A stretch of 64,000 bases of DNA. Origin: Octopus vulgaris (Eukaryota). Under the pieces are notes generated by a model. The model was not told where the DNA came from and did no database searches. It saw nothing but the letters and a program-made list of their open reading frames with translations. Shown piece after piece: positions 51,673-64,000 of the stretch. The stretch's first letter is position 1. Each line of letters opens with the position of its first letter. Location of the stretch: the NCBI GenBank assembly GCA_951406725.2, contig OX597831.1, positions 31,682,001 to 31,746,000 of the forward strand, given 5' to 3'. Both the position numbers and the translations under genes were made by a program.

Positions 51673-52065
51673 TAAACTCGAAATTTTATCAACATGCTCC
51701 CAATTCACACCCCCGAAAACACATCACTGAAAAATTACGCATGAAAAAATGCATTTTTCAGAAAGTCGAGCTGGGGCACCAAACTGTAGTTGAGGCCTGA
51801 ATATCACCTTCTCCCCCCCCCCACCTCGCCCGCTCACTCGCTGTAATCATTTTCGTTAGGTCGGGATGACCTTCAATAGAACGAGGTATAAATAATCCAC
51901 ACCAATGAGTTCATTTTTATCTCAGAGCAAAAATATTTATGAACCGACGAAAGTATTTTGAAGACCCAGGACGAACGAGAAGCAAACCGGATTTGAATTC
52001 AGAACATTAAAGCATCTAACCCGACATTAAGGAACAGTTATAAGACACGCACGCACGCACGTACG

Positions 52066-52108
<43 letters not shown>

Positions 52109-52921
52109 GGCGTTCCTAAAGAATAGAGTCGGAAATTATCTTGTGCTCCCAAAAAGTTTGATTTCTTTGGGCGTATATGTTTTAAGCACTGCAGATTAAG
52201 ATTTAAGATTCAAAAAAAAAAAAAGAAAAGGAAAAAGTGTGTGTATGTTGGGGGGAGGGGGAGTATCAACCACTCACAATTTTTTAAATCTGAGTTTTAA
52301 AAAGTTAATATTTTTGAAAAATCAATCTCAGATGTTTACAAAATTTCAAAAGATCGTCGAATCTGTGAAATTACGAGTAAAAGATAGGTGGTGGGTAGCA
52401 AAACGTCCACCCCGTTTCATTTATTTATTCATTTTTCATTCTTCTTTCCAGAATCGAAATCTGAGATATCCAAAACGTACTCTTCCATAGAAATTACGGT
52501 TCTGGACGCGCAAGTTAATTTCCGACGCTATTCTATAACAATGCCCAACTAGCACTATACTCACATTTGTAATAATGGTTTCTAATTTAGACACAAAGCT
52601 AGTAATTTTGCCGGGACCAGTAGACCAGCAACAAAATTTGTTTATGGGATGTAAACCCAGGTCCAAATTTTTTAATAAAAAGCGTGGATTTTTTTTTCAA
52701 TGTTAACATTAAAGCAAATGCGGGTAAATTTTGATTTTGTACCCACTAAAATTTTTAGGGGGGTGCAAGCGCTCCCCGCTGTTCCTGAGTGAAAAGCAAA
52801 AAATTGGTCCCGGCGGGAGAAGAACAAAGAAAGTAAAAAAGCAGGACAAACACTGCAAAAGGGTTTTCTTCCGAAGCTAACGTTTCTGCCAATCTGTGAC
52901 TCTTATTGCTTTGTAGTATTA

Positions 52922-53325
52922 TCTTTTGGGCTTGGCTTCGCTGATGCAGTATGGATGTCCAGGGTCTGATGATGCTGTTTCATTATTTTTTTCGCATCTG
53001 ATGTTTGTCTTCAAGAGAGGAACTGCGAGAGATCAAAGGAGGAAACAACAACGCTGATGGTATGGCGCCAAGCAACGCGGTCAGCTGTTAGAGTGGACCA
53101 CTCACGATAATCAATGTCACAAACGCCAAGGGACTGCTCCAGGCAGTCCTTGTAACGCTTCTTTGGCGCCTCCTTGTTGTGGTGGCCAGTGGTGAGGTGA
53201 CCGTACATGATGATCTTGGGTAGGCGGTGGTCTTTCATCCTGTCAACGTGTCCTGCTCAACGTAGTCGTGTCTCAAGTAAAGTGGTTTCCAAGCTGGTGA
53301 CCTTTGCTCGCTTGAGGACTTCAAG
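52922..53325 (-). mobile_element. RTE/BovB-type LINE 3' fragment
   Basis: MKDHRLPKIIMYGHL...PKKRYKDCL...DRVAWR. Confidence 0.8.
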
Positions 53326-54209
53326 TATTATAAAGTAAAACAAACAAAAACATACACTGTACATCTACGTGTGCACGCGCCCGCGTGTGTAAGTGTGCGC
53401 AAGTGTGCACACGTAAGTGTGCGTGCGTGTATGCGTGCGCGTGCGCTAGTAGAATTGATAGCGTGATGCTGGCCAAAAGTCCTCGTCAAGTACAAGAGTC
53501 AATGCCATCAACAATCCCTCCTGACTAGCCTTGTGTCAGCATTTGAAACTAATATTTTTAAACAGTAATCTAAAGCAGTAACCTTCTAACGCGTGGTTTT
53601 GTGACATGTATATTTATATAAACATCACAGGCATACACATAAGAAAGGAAGAAAGGAGATCCTTCCGTTATTTTGTGGAGTTTCGTATTTCAGTTTTTCC
53701 CCGGAAGAAGATTACACCCATCTTCGGATTTTATATAGCACACGAAGGAGCCTCGAGAATTCAACAATTCTGGGAATATCAATCCTCACTCTGCTCCAAT
53801 TACATTTTTATTCGCCGCCAGGCCCTACTGTGAATAAAACGATTTATAATCAGTTAATTCAGCTCTGTGATCCTTAAGCTATGTTATTTCATCCTAACAT
53901 CTTTCCACCATTTCTGGTGAGAGATGAACACGCAACACATCCAGTCCAAAATCCGACTGTCTCGGTCATTTTCACTTAATCTTTAAATATTGGTTTCATT
54001 CAGGATAAAACACGAAATTTCGAGTTTGTAGCTGTAGAGGGACTGGGTTGTTGTAGCGCAAATTTATTTCCAAGAACAACAATGTTGTAAGCGGTGTGCA
54101 ATGGCTCTAATCGGAGATTTGAAACACCACTGGCTCACCAATTCCATTCGCCTGGGACTTATTATTACTATTAATGGCACACAGATCATCACCCAACACT
54201 GACAGTAAA

Positions 54210-55320
54210 AGGCTGTCATCTACTATCTTAACTGTGATCTCTGCCGGATATCTTAGTTGTGGTCTGTTCTATGTTATCTTGCTTGTGGTTTAAATGCCAT
54301 CTTTATCTTTGTCGCGATTTATCCAAGTGCTGACTGTCATCTTCGTAGTGGTTTATCTCGATATCATCTGTTAGCTTTGATGTGGTTTAATCTGGCTGTC
54401 GTCAGCTACGTTAGTTGTGGTCTATCAAAATTTCATCTACAACTGCAATCTTAGCTGTTGTCTTAACTGAAGTCTATCCAGGAGTCGTCAACAATATTTA
54501 TTGTTACCCATCTCGATGTCATCTACTATTTTAATTATATTCTGTTTAGTACTGTCCGCAACCTTAGATGACGTCTGCTACCATAGTTGCCGTCTACTTT
54601 GGTGTCGTCTGCTATCATGGTCTGCTCTGGGAGTCGTTTGCTGTCTTAGTCATTTTCTACTTGGGTGTCATCTGCTACCTTAGATGAGTTTATCCAGTAG
54701 CCCACTACTTTTATTCCCGTCCATCATGGTACCATCTGCTACCTTAGTTGCTATATATATATATTCTTTTATTCATTTACTTGTTTCAGTCATTTGACTG
54801 AGGCCATGCAGGTGTACAGCCTTTCGCTGAGCAAATTAACCCAAGGACTTAATCTTTGTATGCTTAGTACTTTTTCTATCGGTTACTTTTGCCGAACCGC
54901 TAAGTTACGGGGGCGTAATCACACTAGTATCGGTTGTCAAGCGATGTTGGGGAGACAAACACAGGCACACACGCGCGCGCGCGCACGCACACACACACAC
55001 ATATGTATACGACGGTCTTCTTTCAGTTTCTGTCTACCAAATCCACTCACAAGGCTTTGGTTGGCTCGAGGCTATAGTAGAAGACACTTGCCCAAGGTGT
55101 CACGCAGTGGGACTGAACCCGGAACCATGTGGTTAATAAGCAAGCTACTTACCACACAGCCACTCCTGCTCCAGCATGACCGCAGTCAAATAAATGAGTG
55201 AAACATGTGAAAGAATAAAAGAATATATATATATATATATACACCTATGTCGTCTGCTACTTTAGTTGCCATATATTTTGGTATCGTCTGCTATCTTAGT
55301 TATGGGCTACCTATGGCTTT
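54210..55320. repeat. Degenerate ~30-bp tandem repeat interrupted by a SINE
   Basis: Recurrent GTC(A/G)TCTGCTA(T/C)CTTAGTTG(T/C); SINE at 54766-55168. Confidence 0.7.
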
Positions 55321-56158
55321 CACGTGGTATTTCTTCAGCCTTTACTTTATTCTTTAGTTTCTTTTCTATAAGATGGTAGGAAGTTGCTTCAATGTTTTCT
55401 CAATGAATATTTATTTATTTACAAAGTTAGTTTGATATCTTGTATCTCGCGAAACAAAAATCTTTTGTAGCTTGTTTGCTTACCCACTCACGAACCGAAT
55501 GCATGGTTTATGCTATATTACTAAAAGAAAAAGAAAAAAAAAAAAGAATTGGTTGTGGAGATCGTCTTTCATGCATGAGAGGTATAAATATTTTCTCTCC
55601 TTTGAAAGTTATTGCGTAGGTGGAGCTGCCTTACATCTAACATTCGGCATTGAGTTCCGGAGAGAGGATAACATTTATTTTTCTTGTTCTACGATATAAA
55701 GTTTACCGATAAGTCTCTTTTTGTTTTGTATTATTTCCTCCTTTTCTTCGTGAGCTTTTGGTTCACACCGAAATATCATGGTGAGCAGTTGTATTCCAGG
55801 TGGAATTAGGTTATGGTGTGTGTGTGTGTGTGTGTGTGTGGTATTTTCCGTGTAGTCTGCTTCTCATCTCAAATGCCAATTTGTCTAATATCTTCTTTTA
55901 TTTGTCTTTTTGTTCGGCTTCTTTTGTCTTCTCTCTTAGAATCCCCAATATTTTTCTTTGTTTTGTTTTGTTTTTTTGTTTTTCTTTGACTTTGGGAACT
56001 TGAAAGATTTTGCTTTTATTTGTTTGTTAATTCATTTTTTTTCTCCTGCGTGAAGCACACCGAATAAACAAACCATAAAGATCTAAATTGTTTGATGCCC
56101 CAGTATGAGCGCAGCTGCATCGGGGAAACCAGCTTGAGAAATCATGGAAGTGTGTGTG

Positions 56159-56205
<47 letters not shown>

Positions 56206-56302
56206 GTGCGTGCATGTGCGTGTGTGCGTGTGTGTGTGTGTGTAAGAAAAATTAGGAAGAAATGAATATCAGAAGAAAGAAAAGGATGGAGCGTATGGAT
56301 AA

Positions 56303-56350
<48 letters not shown>

Positions 56351-56449
56351 GGGAAAGAGAGACAAAACAGAAGATAAGCTGCAATAAAGAGTGGGATGAG
56401 AGAGTTGAGATGCTGCAGTCTAGAAGAAGAGAGAGAGAGAGGAGAAAGA

Positions 56450-57600
56450 AGAAATAAATGGAAAAGATGCAGCTTTAGAGACGGCGATGGATGGGTGGGG
56501 GGATATGTGCATTGAGTTTTAAGATATGTGTTTGAACAGCTGCAAATTGGGCGGTTGCAGGAGAACATTGTCAGAGAGAATTCCAAAAAAGACGACATTT
56601 CGACTGGGCAAAGGTGTCTGTGCGGAGCCTTAATGGGAGTAGACAGTATGAGTGATGAGAGAAGTGGAACGAGGGAATCGGAATAACCTGGGTGGAGATG
56701 GCACCGGAGTCAGCCATAGAAAAGACAGAAGATGCAGTATGTCATGTGGGGTCAAAGGTTGGAATTTGTTAATGAGTGACTTCATGCCAGTCGGTCTATT
56801 GACCTGTTTTGGATGCGATCTAAGATGTCTGCATCGATAGTAGTAGCAACGTCATCACAGATGTAGAAGCAATATTTCCATCACGGGTCACAGTTGAGGT
56901 TTGTATGAAGTTTGCTGCAGTGGGATAAGCTGAAAATATTTTCGTATCCCGAAGAGGAATGCCAGTCTGTGGGATGCAATTTTTGTAACATTCAGAAAGT
57001 AAAATCGCCGGGAGAGATCCTGAGTAAAGGTGAGGTCTAGCATTTATTGGGGTTTTTTTTTGGGGGGGGGTTCTGGTTGTGTGATTCTATATTTAGTGGA
57101 GGGGGTTATTTCTGGATGTGTGTGTGTGTGTGTGTAATAATTGTATCATTGTGTTGAAGGAAACCAGATCAACATGACTTCCATTAGAGAATATTTTCGG
57201 GATCTCGTATGTTCATGGAGTTAGTGCAAGTTTGGTGTGAAGTGTATAGATACCATGTGGAAGACAAGTGTATAGATACCATGTGGGAATTCACGGACCA
57301 GAAATAGTGGGAATCCTAACGGATGTCAATCAAGTGCGACAACAATGTGTTCCAAATTTCTCAGAGGTAAGGGCCAACTAGCAAGAAACAGTCCCGGTTA
57401 GATCTGTTTTAAGAAATACTATATCGGCAATCATTATGAAGGAAGGGGCATTCAAGGTATTGGCGATGTGGCCATTGATAGCTATGTCCACTACGTCTAA
57501 GATATTGCAAGTGGGAGCAAGTGGTTGGTGATTGTTGGCGAGGTAAGTAAGAACAGTTACCTTTCTTAAGAATGGGATGGTGAAGCAAATTTCCAAAGGA
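56450..57600 (-). mobile_element. Old CR1/L2/Jockey-group LINE remnant
   Basis: Degenerate RT C-terminal motifs (..WKYCFYIC..ILDRIQNRS..FCLFY); many stops. Confidence 0.55.
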
Positions 57601-57657
57601 AGTGAGAGAGAGAGTGAGTGAGAGAGAGAGAGTGAGTGAGAGAGAGAGAGAGTGAGT

Positions 57658-57712
<55 letters not shown>

Positions 57713-57807
57713 CATGAAGAGTTCCCTGTGGGTATGAGGTTGTTTGAGTGTAATAAGCAGGAAGTGTCGGGATCGGTCACTAAGCGAACGGAAGTGTTGT
57801 AACTTTT

Positions 57808-57884
<77 letters not shown>

Positions 57885-57886
<2 letters not shown>

Positions 57887-58779
57887 GAGGTATGATTAAT
57901 AAATAACCGGATTGTTACCATAGTAATGAAGCTAAAGCACCCAGAGAGAAGCTACTTGGCAAAGATTGACCTTGAACTCTGCTGTGCACGCGCTCTAAGT
58001 TTTAATATTCTAGCTCACTTCCGCTGTTTACAGCAGTGCTTGGAAGGAATGTGTGTAGCGTGTGATCGTTGCATTGACCATGACAGAGAAGATTGTCATG
58101 GCGATACTGCTCCCACGCCTATGCAAAGCTGCAGGAAGTGTATAGAGAGTAGTGTATGAGTCGCACACGACTGTACGAGTGGTTCAGACGTTTCCAAGAT
58201 GACCGAAAAAATGTCGATATTGACGAACGTTCTGGTAGATCTGCAACCAGCAGAACCAGCAGAACTGAGAAAAACATCGCAGATGTGCGTGCAGCTGTGA
58301 GGGGAAATCGTCGAATCACCATCTGTGAGTTATCAAAGGATGTGCAGATTAGTTACGGTTCAGTTTAGTCCATTATCACCGAAGATTTGAGTATGAGACG
58401 CGTGTCTGCCAAGTTTGTGCCAAACTGCTTTCAGCTGACCAAAAGAACACTCGGGTTTCAGTTGCATAAGATCTCCTTGATTGTGTCGATGAAAACTTTG
58501 CGTAGGCCTCTGAGCAAATAACGCCAAGCATTTGGCAAAATTTGATGCAGATTCTCTGCTCAAATTTTTCTGTCAATACGACTGTCTGTCAATGCGACGA
58601 TCACATGTTACACACCTTCCTTCCAAGCACTGCTGTAAAGAGCGGAAGTGGGGTGGAACGTTAAAACTTAGTGCGCATGCACAGCAGAGTTCAAAGTCAA
58701 TCTGTGCCAAATGACTTCACTCCGCGTGCTTTAGGTTCGCTACTATAGCAACAGTCTGAATACTTATTGATCAGACCAA

Positions 58780-58782
<3 letters not shown>
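57885..58782. mobile_element. Rearranged non-autonomous mariner with two 5' ends, inserted in (TA)n
   Basis: TIRs ACGAGGTATGATTAATAAATAACCGGATTGTT / AACAGTCTGAATACTTATTGATCAGACCAAGTA; HTH fragment (MSRTRLYEWFRRF...RSGRS) on +; N-terminus (EQRICIKFC) on -. Confidence 0.85.
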
Positions 58783-58823
<41 letters not shown>

Positions 58824-59260
58824 GAGGAGGGAGGTCTTGGGATGTGTTAGAAACAACAACCAGATCTCCTTTAAATCAAACATTTTCCTCTGAAATTATC
58901 AACAATTTTCTTTTTTAAACCGAAAATGTTTCTCTCACGGGTTTTAAGTGCGTAGTGGAAATAAAAAATTGGCCAAAATCGGTCTGGACTTGGGTGGTGA
59001 AGGGGTGGCGGGAGTGAAAAAAAATCATAAATTTTCTATTTTTTTTCTTTTTTCGTGAAAAGATGCCTCTCATCATTCCGAAGACTGTGCAGGAAAAAAC
59101 AACGGAAAGAATCCCCGTCAAAACGGGAGAATTCCAAGTTATGTGGGCCGTCTGGTCCGAAATTCCGTTTTGCAGAACCCACCCCACTTCCAAAAAATTT
59201 TGCCTACAAATTTTTTATTCGTAATCTATACCGTTTGAAAGGTATTTGTATAAAATTTCA

Positions 59261-59879
59261 GGATCTTTACCTTGTAACCTAGATTTAAAAAATAACTAAA
59301 CACTTTCAAACGTCGGACACTGGTAGAATGTGTCATATAAAACATCTTTTACTCTTAGCATTTTTGAGAAAAACTTATATTTACGAAGTAACTTCGCGTT
59401 AAAGTAGTCCTATTTCGGTAATTTCAACCAATAAATGACGTGCATTAAGCTGAATAAAATTACTGCCGTTGTTTGTCAACAAGAACTTCCGGTGGTGTAT
59501 TTTTCGTTTGTCACTGTTATTTATGACAACCCTAACCCTAACCCTGAAACCCTAACCCTAAAACCTTAAATCTAAAACCAGTACAAACGCACGAACGATG
59601 TCATAAATAACAGTGACAAACGAAAAATACACCGCCGATAGTTGTTGTTGACAAACAACGGCAGTAATTTTATTCAGCTGAATACACATCATTGATTGGT
59701 TCAAATTACCGAAATACGAGAACTTTAACGTGAAATTACATCGTAAATATAAATTTTTTCACAAAAATGCTAAGAGTAAAATATGTTTTATATGTCACAT
59801 TCTACCAGTGTCCGAAGTTTGAAAGTGTTTAGTTACAAAAAATTATTTTTAAAATCTGTAGGTCGAAAGGTAAAGATCT
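59261..59879. mobile_element. Foldback/MITE with ~270-bp inverted arms, (CCCTAA)n loop and 8-bp TSD
   Basis: GGATCTTTACC... / ...GGTAAAGATCT; AAATTTCA at 59253-59260 and 59880-59887. Confidence 0.9.
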
Positions 59880-60142
59880 AAATTTCATAAAAAAATACCC
59901 ATTTTCCTGAAAGTTATGAGGAGGAAAATGTTGGATCGTGTGAATTTTCTGAAATTCCTCTCTCTCTCCAAGCCCTCGGGGAAATGCTTTTCAACAAATC
60001 TTTACATACACTCAATCTACAGGATCTAAGCGATTATTTGTTGCGAGTTTCTTTAAAAAGTATCCATTTTTCTAGAAGCTATGCTGCAACAAAGTCAGGT
60101 GGGTATATATCTGTGGTTATGCCTAAAATGTAAATATTCATC

Positions 60143-60258
60143 AACGGCGTATTGTATACATAACGGTATTGTATACATAACGGCGTAATGTATACATAAC
60201 GGCGTATTGTATATATATAACGGCGCAATGTATACATAACGGCGTATTGTATACATAA
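60143..60258. repeat. 19-bp tandem repeat, ~6 copies
   Basis: AACGGCGTATTGTATACAT. Confidence 0.9.
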
Positions 60259-60432
60259 AAGTGGAGTTAGCTACCTCAGTACCGGGATTGGATTTGATAT
60301 TGGAAAATCTTTTTAAAGAAGTTTATTTTATATAAAGCAATATTATTTATTTTTAATAAAAAAAATAATTCCAGACCATGTTAGTGTATCCTAACGTGAA
60401 AAGCAAACACACGCACAGAAGTCTATTTTATA

Positions 60433-60814
60433 CTAGCAGTATCGCCCGGCGTTGCTCAGGTTTGTAAGGGAAATAACTATAAAGCATTTTTAGAGAGTTA
60501 TAGCCAAAAAATAGCAAAAAAATGGGAAAAAAATGATGGTAAATTTTTTGAGAGTTAAAAAGGTCGAGTTGCGTCCCCTAGACAGTCTGTGGTTTGTGTT
60601 TCTGATTCTCGACCCCATGTCGAATTTATCGATTTTTTTCAGAACTGGGGGAACTTTTCAAAATTTTCGCTGCGTTAGTTTTGAATTATGACATTGGGCT
60701 ATGTGTGTGTCAAGTTTCATCAGAATCGGTTGAAAGCAGTGGTCAGGGTGAGGGTACAACCAAACAGACACACAGAAACACACACAGACAAACTGCCGTT
60801 TATATATAGAGAGA

Positions 60815-60817
<3 letters not shown>
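60433..60817 (-). mobile_element. Non-autonomous Helitron
   Basis: On -: starts TC after A; subterminal hairpin CCTGAGCAACGCCGGG; ends CTAG before T; no TSD. Confidence 0.75.
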
Positions 60818-60861
<44 letters not shown>

Positions 60862-60867
60862 CTTTCA

Positions 60868-61254
60868 TTCATTTACTTGTTTCAGTCATTTGACTGCGGC
60901 CATGCTGGAGCACCGTCTTTAGTTGAGCAAATCGACCCCAGGACTTATTCTTTGCAAGCCTAGTACTTATTCGATCGGTCTTTTTTGCCGAACCGCTAAG
61001 TTACGGGGACGTAAACATACCAGCATCGGTAGTCAAGCGATATTGAGGGGACAAACACAGAAAGAAACACACACACACACACACGCACATACGGCGGGCT
61101 CCTTTCAGTTTCCGTTTACCAAATCCACTCACAAGGTTTTGGTCGGCTCGAGGCTATAGTAGAAGATACTTTCCTAAAGTGCCACGCAGTGGGACTGAAT
61201 CCGGAACTATGTGGTTGGTAAGCAAGCTACTTACCACACAGCCACTCCTGCGCC
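60868..61254 (-). mobile_element. SINE family A copy
   Basis: Reverse complement of 51271-51672. Confidence 0.85.
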
Positions 61255-61279
61255 ATACATACATACATACATACATACA

Positions 61280-61312
<33 letters not shown>

Positions 61313-61379
61313 TAGAAGGTTTGGAGGTGATTTACAAACACTTAGACACATACATAGAAACAATTTCCAAATTCCCTCT

Positions 61380-62290
61380 CAACACACATAAATGCAAACA
61401 ACCTCCGCAGAGGAGAAAAACAAGCTTTACAAAAACTAAAACATGACAAGTCATCATTTTAAAAGAAGCTGACAAAGGTGGGGCAATAGTAATTTAGGAT
61501 ACAGATTACTACAAAGAAAAGATACTGGAGATGTTCAACAACCAGACATACTATAAAGAGGAATCAATACAACCGGAGAAAGCAACATTAAAAAAATTGG
61601 AACATTAGTCAATGAATACCAGGACTCCATTACAGACAAGGAGAAAGACTATTTATGCAACTCAAGAACCAAAGAAAGCAGTTTTTTATGGATTACCTAA
61701 AGTTCATAAAAGCTCTGAAATACAGAGGGCCATAAAGGAACAGAGGAACCATTATATAAGGATACAAAGGCCCGCAGACCTCACAATGAGACTAATAGTT
61801 GCAGGGCCCCAAGCGCCAACACAGCAACTTAGCCATTTCAGAGATGTACTCCTGAAATCTTTATGCCCACTGATACCAAGCTACATAAGGGATGACTTCC
61901 TCACACACATTCCAAATACGGTTCTGGAAAACACCATACTTGCAAGCTTCGATGTCACAAACTTATACACGAATATACCACACACCCTGGGTCTGGAAGC
62001 GATAAAACAATGGGTAGAAAAATACAGGGAACTCATAGATAAACGATTCAAAACAGACTTTATCACCAAAGCCACCTAATTAATACTTGAAGAAAACACA
62101 TTCTTATTTAACAACAAGACATACCGACGAATAAAGGGCACGGCTATGGGTACGAAATTTGCACCTTCATATGCCAACCTGGTGATGTACCTTGAGAACA
62201 AACTATACGATGAAATAGGGAAAGTCTTCGAACACGACTTCAGAGAAGACATCAAGAAAAAGTGGAAACGCTACCTCAATGACGATGATA
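61380..62290 (+). mobile_element. Penelope-like element reverse transcriptase remnant
   Basis: [53 protein letters not shown]: PLE RT motifs with stops and frameshifts. Confidence 0.9.
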
Positions 62291-62718
62291 AATCCAGACA
62301 ATTTTTTGAAAAATAACTTAGAGTAGCCACCTGGCTTTGCCATTTTTAAAGGCCAAGAATCAACTCATCACTTTCTATTGAAAGAATTGACCAGCTGTAA
62401 AGATGCAAGCACATTTTTTCTTCTTTCTCTCTTCCTTCTCTTTTCCATTGACAATCCTTTCAGATATACAGGCGCGCGCGCACACACACACACTCTCTCT
62501 CACTTTCTCCCCATTCCTCATCCTATTTTACTATCCTATATCTCTCTCCACCCTTACACACTCAATACTATAAAAAGAGACGACTCCCCACAAAAAATTC
62601 AAATCTGAAGAATCTACTAGAGTAGATGCAAGCGCTAATATATGATTTATAAAAACAGGCTACATATTAATAAAAATCTGTAAATGTTCAACCATCCAGA
62701 TTGCTGAGTACCGTATTT

Positions 62719-62790
<72 letters not shown>

Positions 62791-63472
62791 GTGATGGTGA
62801 GCCTGCTGAAGAAGAAAGGGATATTCAATGTGTGCAACAAATGTAAAGACTTACTTCGCTGGAGTACAGATCACCGAACAATCACGGCTGAGCAGTGGAG
62901 AGAAGGAGCGTTCCACCACGGCACACACACACACACACACGACAGTCTTCTTTCGGTTTCTGCTACCAAATCCATTCATAGGGCTCTGATCGGCCCTAAG
63001 CTATAGTGGAAGACGCTTGCTGAAGGTGTCACGCAGTGGAACTGAACGCGGAACCATGTGGTTGGGAAGCAAACTTCTTACCACACAGCCACTTCTGTAG
63101 ACCTACATACATCACATGGTAAGTAAAAGGGGGTTGTATGTATATAAAGAGAGACGGAATTATAGCAGAATTCCTCAACACAATGTCGTACTATTGAAAG
63201 CCGAATCAGAAACAATTTCCCAAGATATTTCGTCACGTTGCTTTCAGATTCCGTATATACTTACATTATTTGTGTCCCACCCAAACTCAGCTGCAAAATA
63301 GACCAGACTTAAGTAGTTCACTTGCTTAACACTTTACGTGAAACGCACACACAGACACGCACACACACATACAGTTACATATGTATGTATTTATTATATT
63401 ATAAATACGGATGTATGTATCATTGGGTGGTGGCGGCGACGGTGGTTTGTTGATATATCTTTGTATATATTC

Positions 63473-64000
63473 CTGTTTCTTTATTGCCTACAAGGGGCTA
63501 AACATAGAGGAGACAAACAAGGACAGACAAACGGATTAAGTCGATTACATCGACCCCAGTCTGTAATTTATCGACCCCGAAATTATGAAAGGCAATTTGA
63601 ACTCAGAACGTAATGGCAGACGAAATACCTATTTCTTTACTACCCACAAGGGGCTAAACACAGAGTGGACAAACAAACGGATTAAGTCGATTATATCGAC
63701 CCCGGTGCGTAACTGGTACTTATTTAATCGACTCCCAAAGGATGAAAGGCAAAGTTGACCGCGGCGGAATTTGAACTCAGAACGTAGCGGCAGACGAAAT
63801 ACCTAATTCTTTACTACACACAAGGGACTAAACACAGAGAGGACAAACAAGGACAGACAAACGGATTAAGTCGATTATATCGACCCCAGTGCGTAACTGG
63901 TACTTAATTTATCGACCCCGAAAGGATGAAAGGCAAAGTCGACCTCAGCGGAATTTGAACTCAGAACGTAACGGCAGACGAAATACGGCTACGCATTTCG
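63473..64000 (-). mobile_element. Tandem array of 3 SINE family B units (runs off the window)
   Basis: Units ~63473-63628, 63629-63802 and 63803-64000, joined at GAAATAC|CTA(A/T)TTC. Confidence 0.88.

Noticed and set aside
63215-63255. CTGAAAG...GTGACGAAATATC on the minus strand
   Set aside because: Core and stems I/II do not form; at most a decayed motif.

Overview
AT-rich, repeat-dense animal genomic DNA, most likely from an octopus (inferred from the SINE, RTE and microsatellite landscape). The main feature is a complete 22-exon minus-strand gene for the spliceosomal DEAH-box helicase DHX8/Prp22 (CDS 47504->8563). I traced all exons by hand: all introns are GT-AG, phases are consistent, and the CDS is 3801 nt (1266 aa). 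A candidate plus-strand gene ends near 6174, convergent with DHX8. The rest is mobile DNA: three tRNA-derived SINE families, RTE, CR1/Jockey and Penelope-like retroelement remnants, mariner elements, piggyBac- and hAT-like MITEs, a Helitron and foldback elements. Most notable observations: (i) four minimal hammerhead-ribozyme-like motifs in Penelope-like remnants inside DHX8 introns, one with a compensatory G3:C8 core swap; (ii) an Asn (AAT) codon at a normally Asp position in helicase motif V that one A-to-I edit would restore; (iii) a twin-priming-type 5'-inverted RTE insertion; (iv) a foldback element with telomeric repeats in its loop, a TSD and an empty-site paralogue in the window. All calls were made by eye with no database searches. 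Repeat boundaries are approximate unless TSDs or TIRs are quoted.
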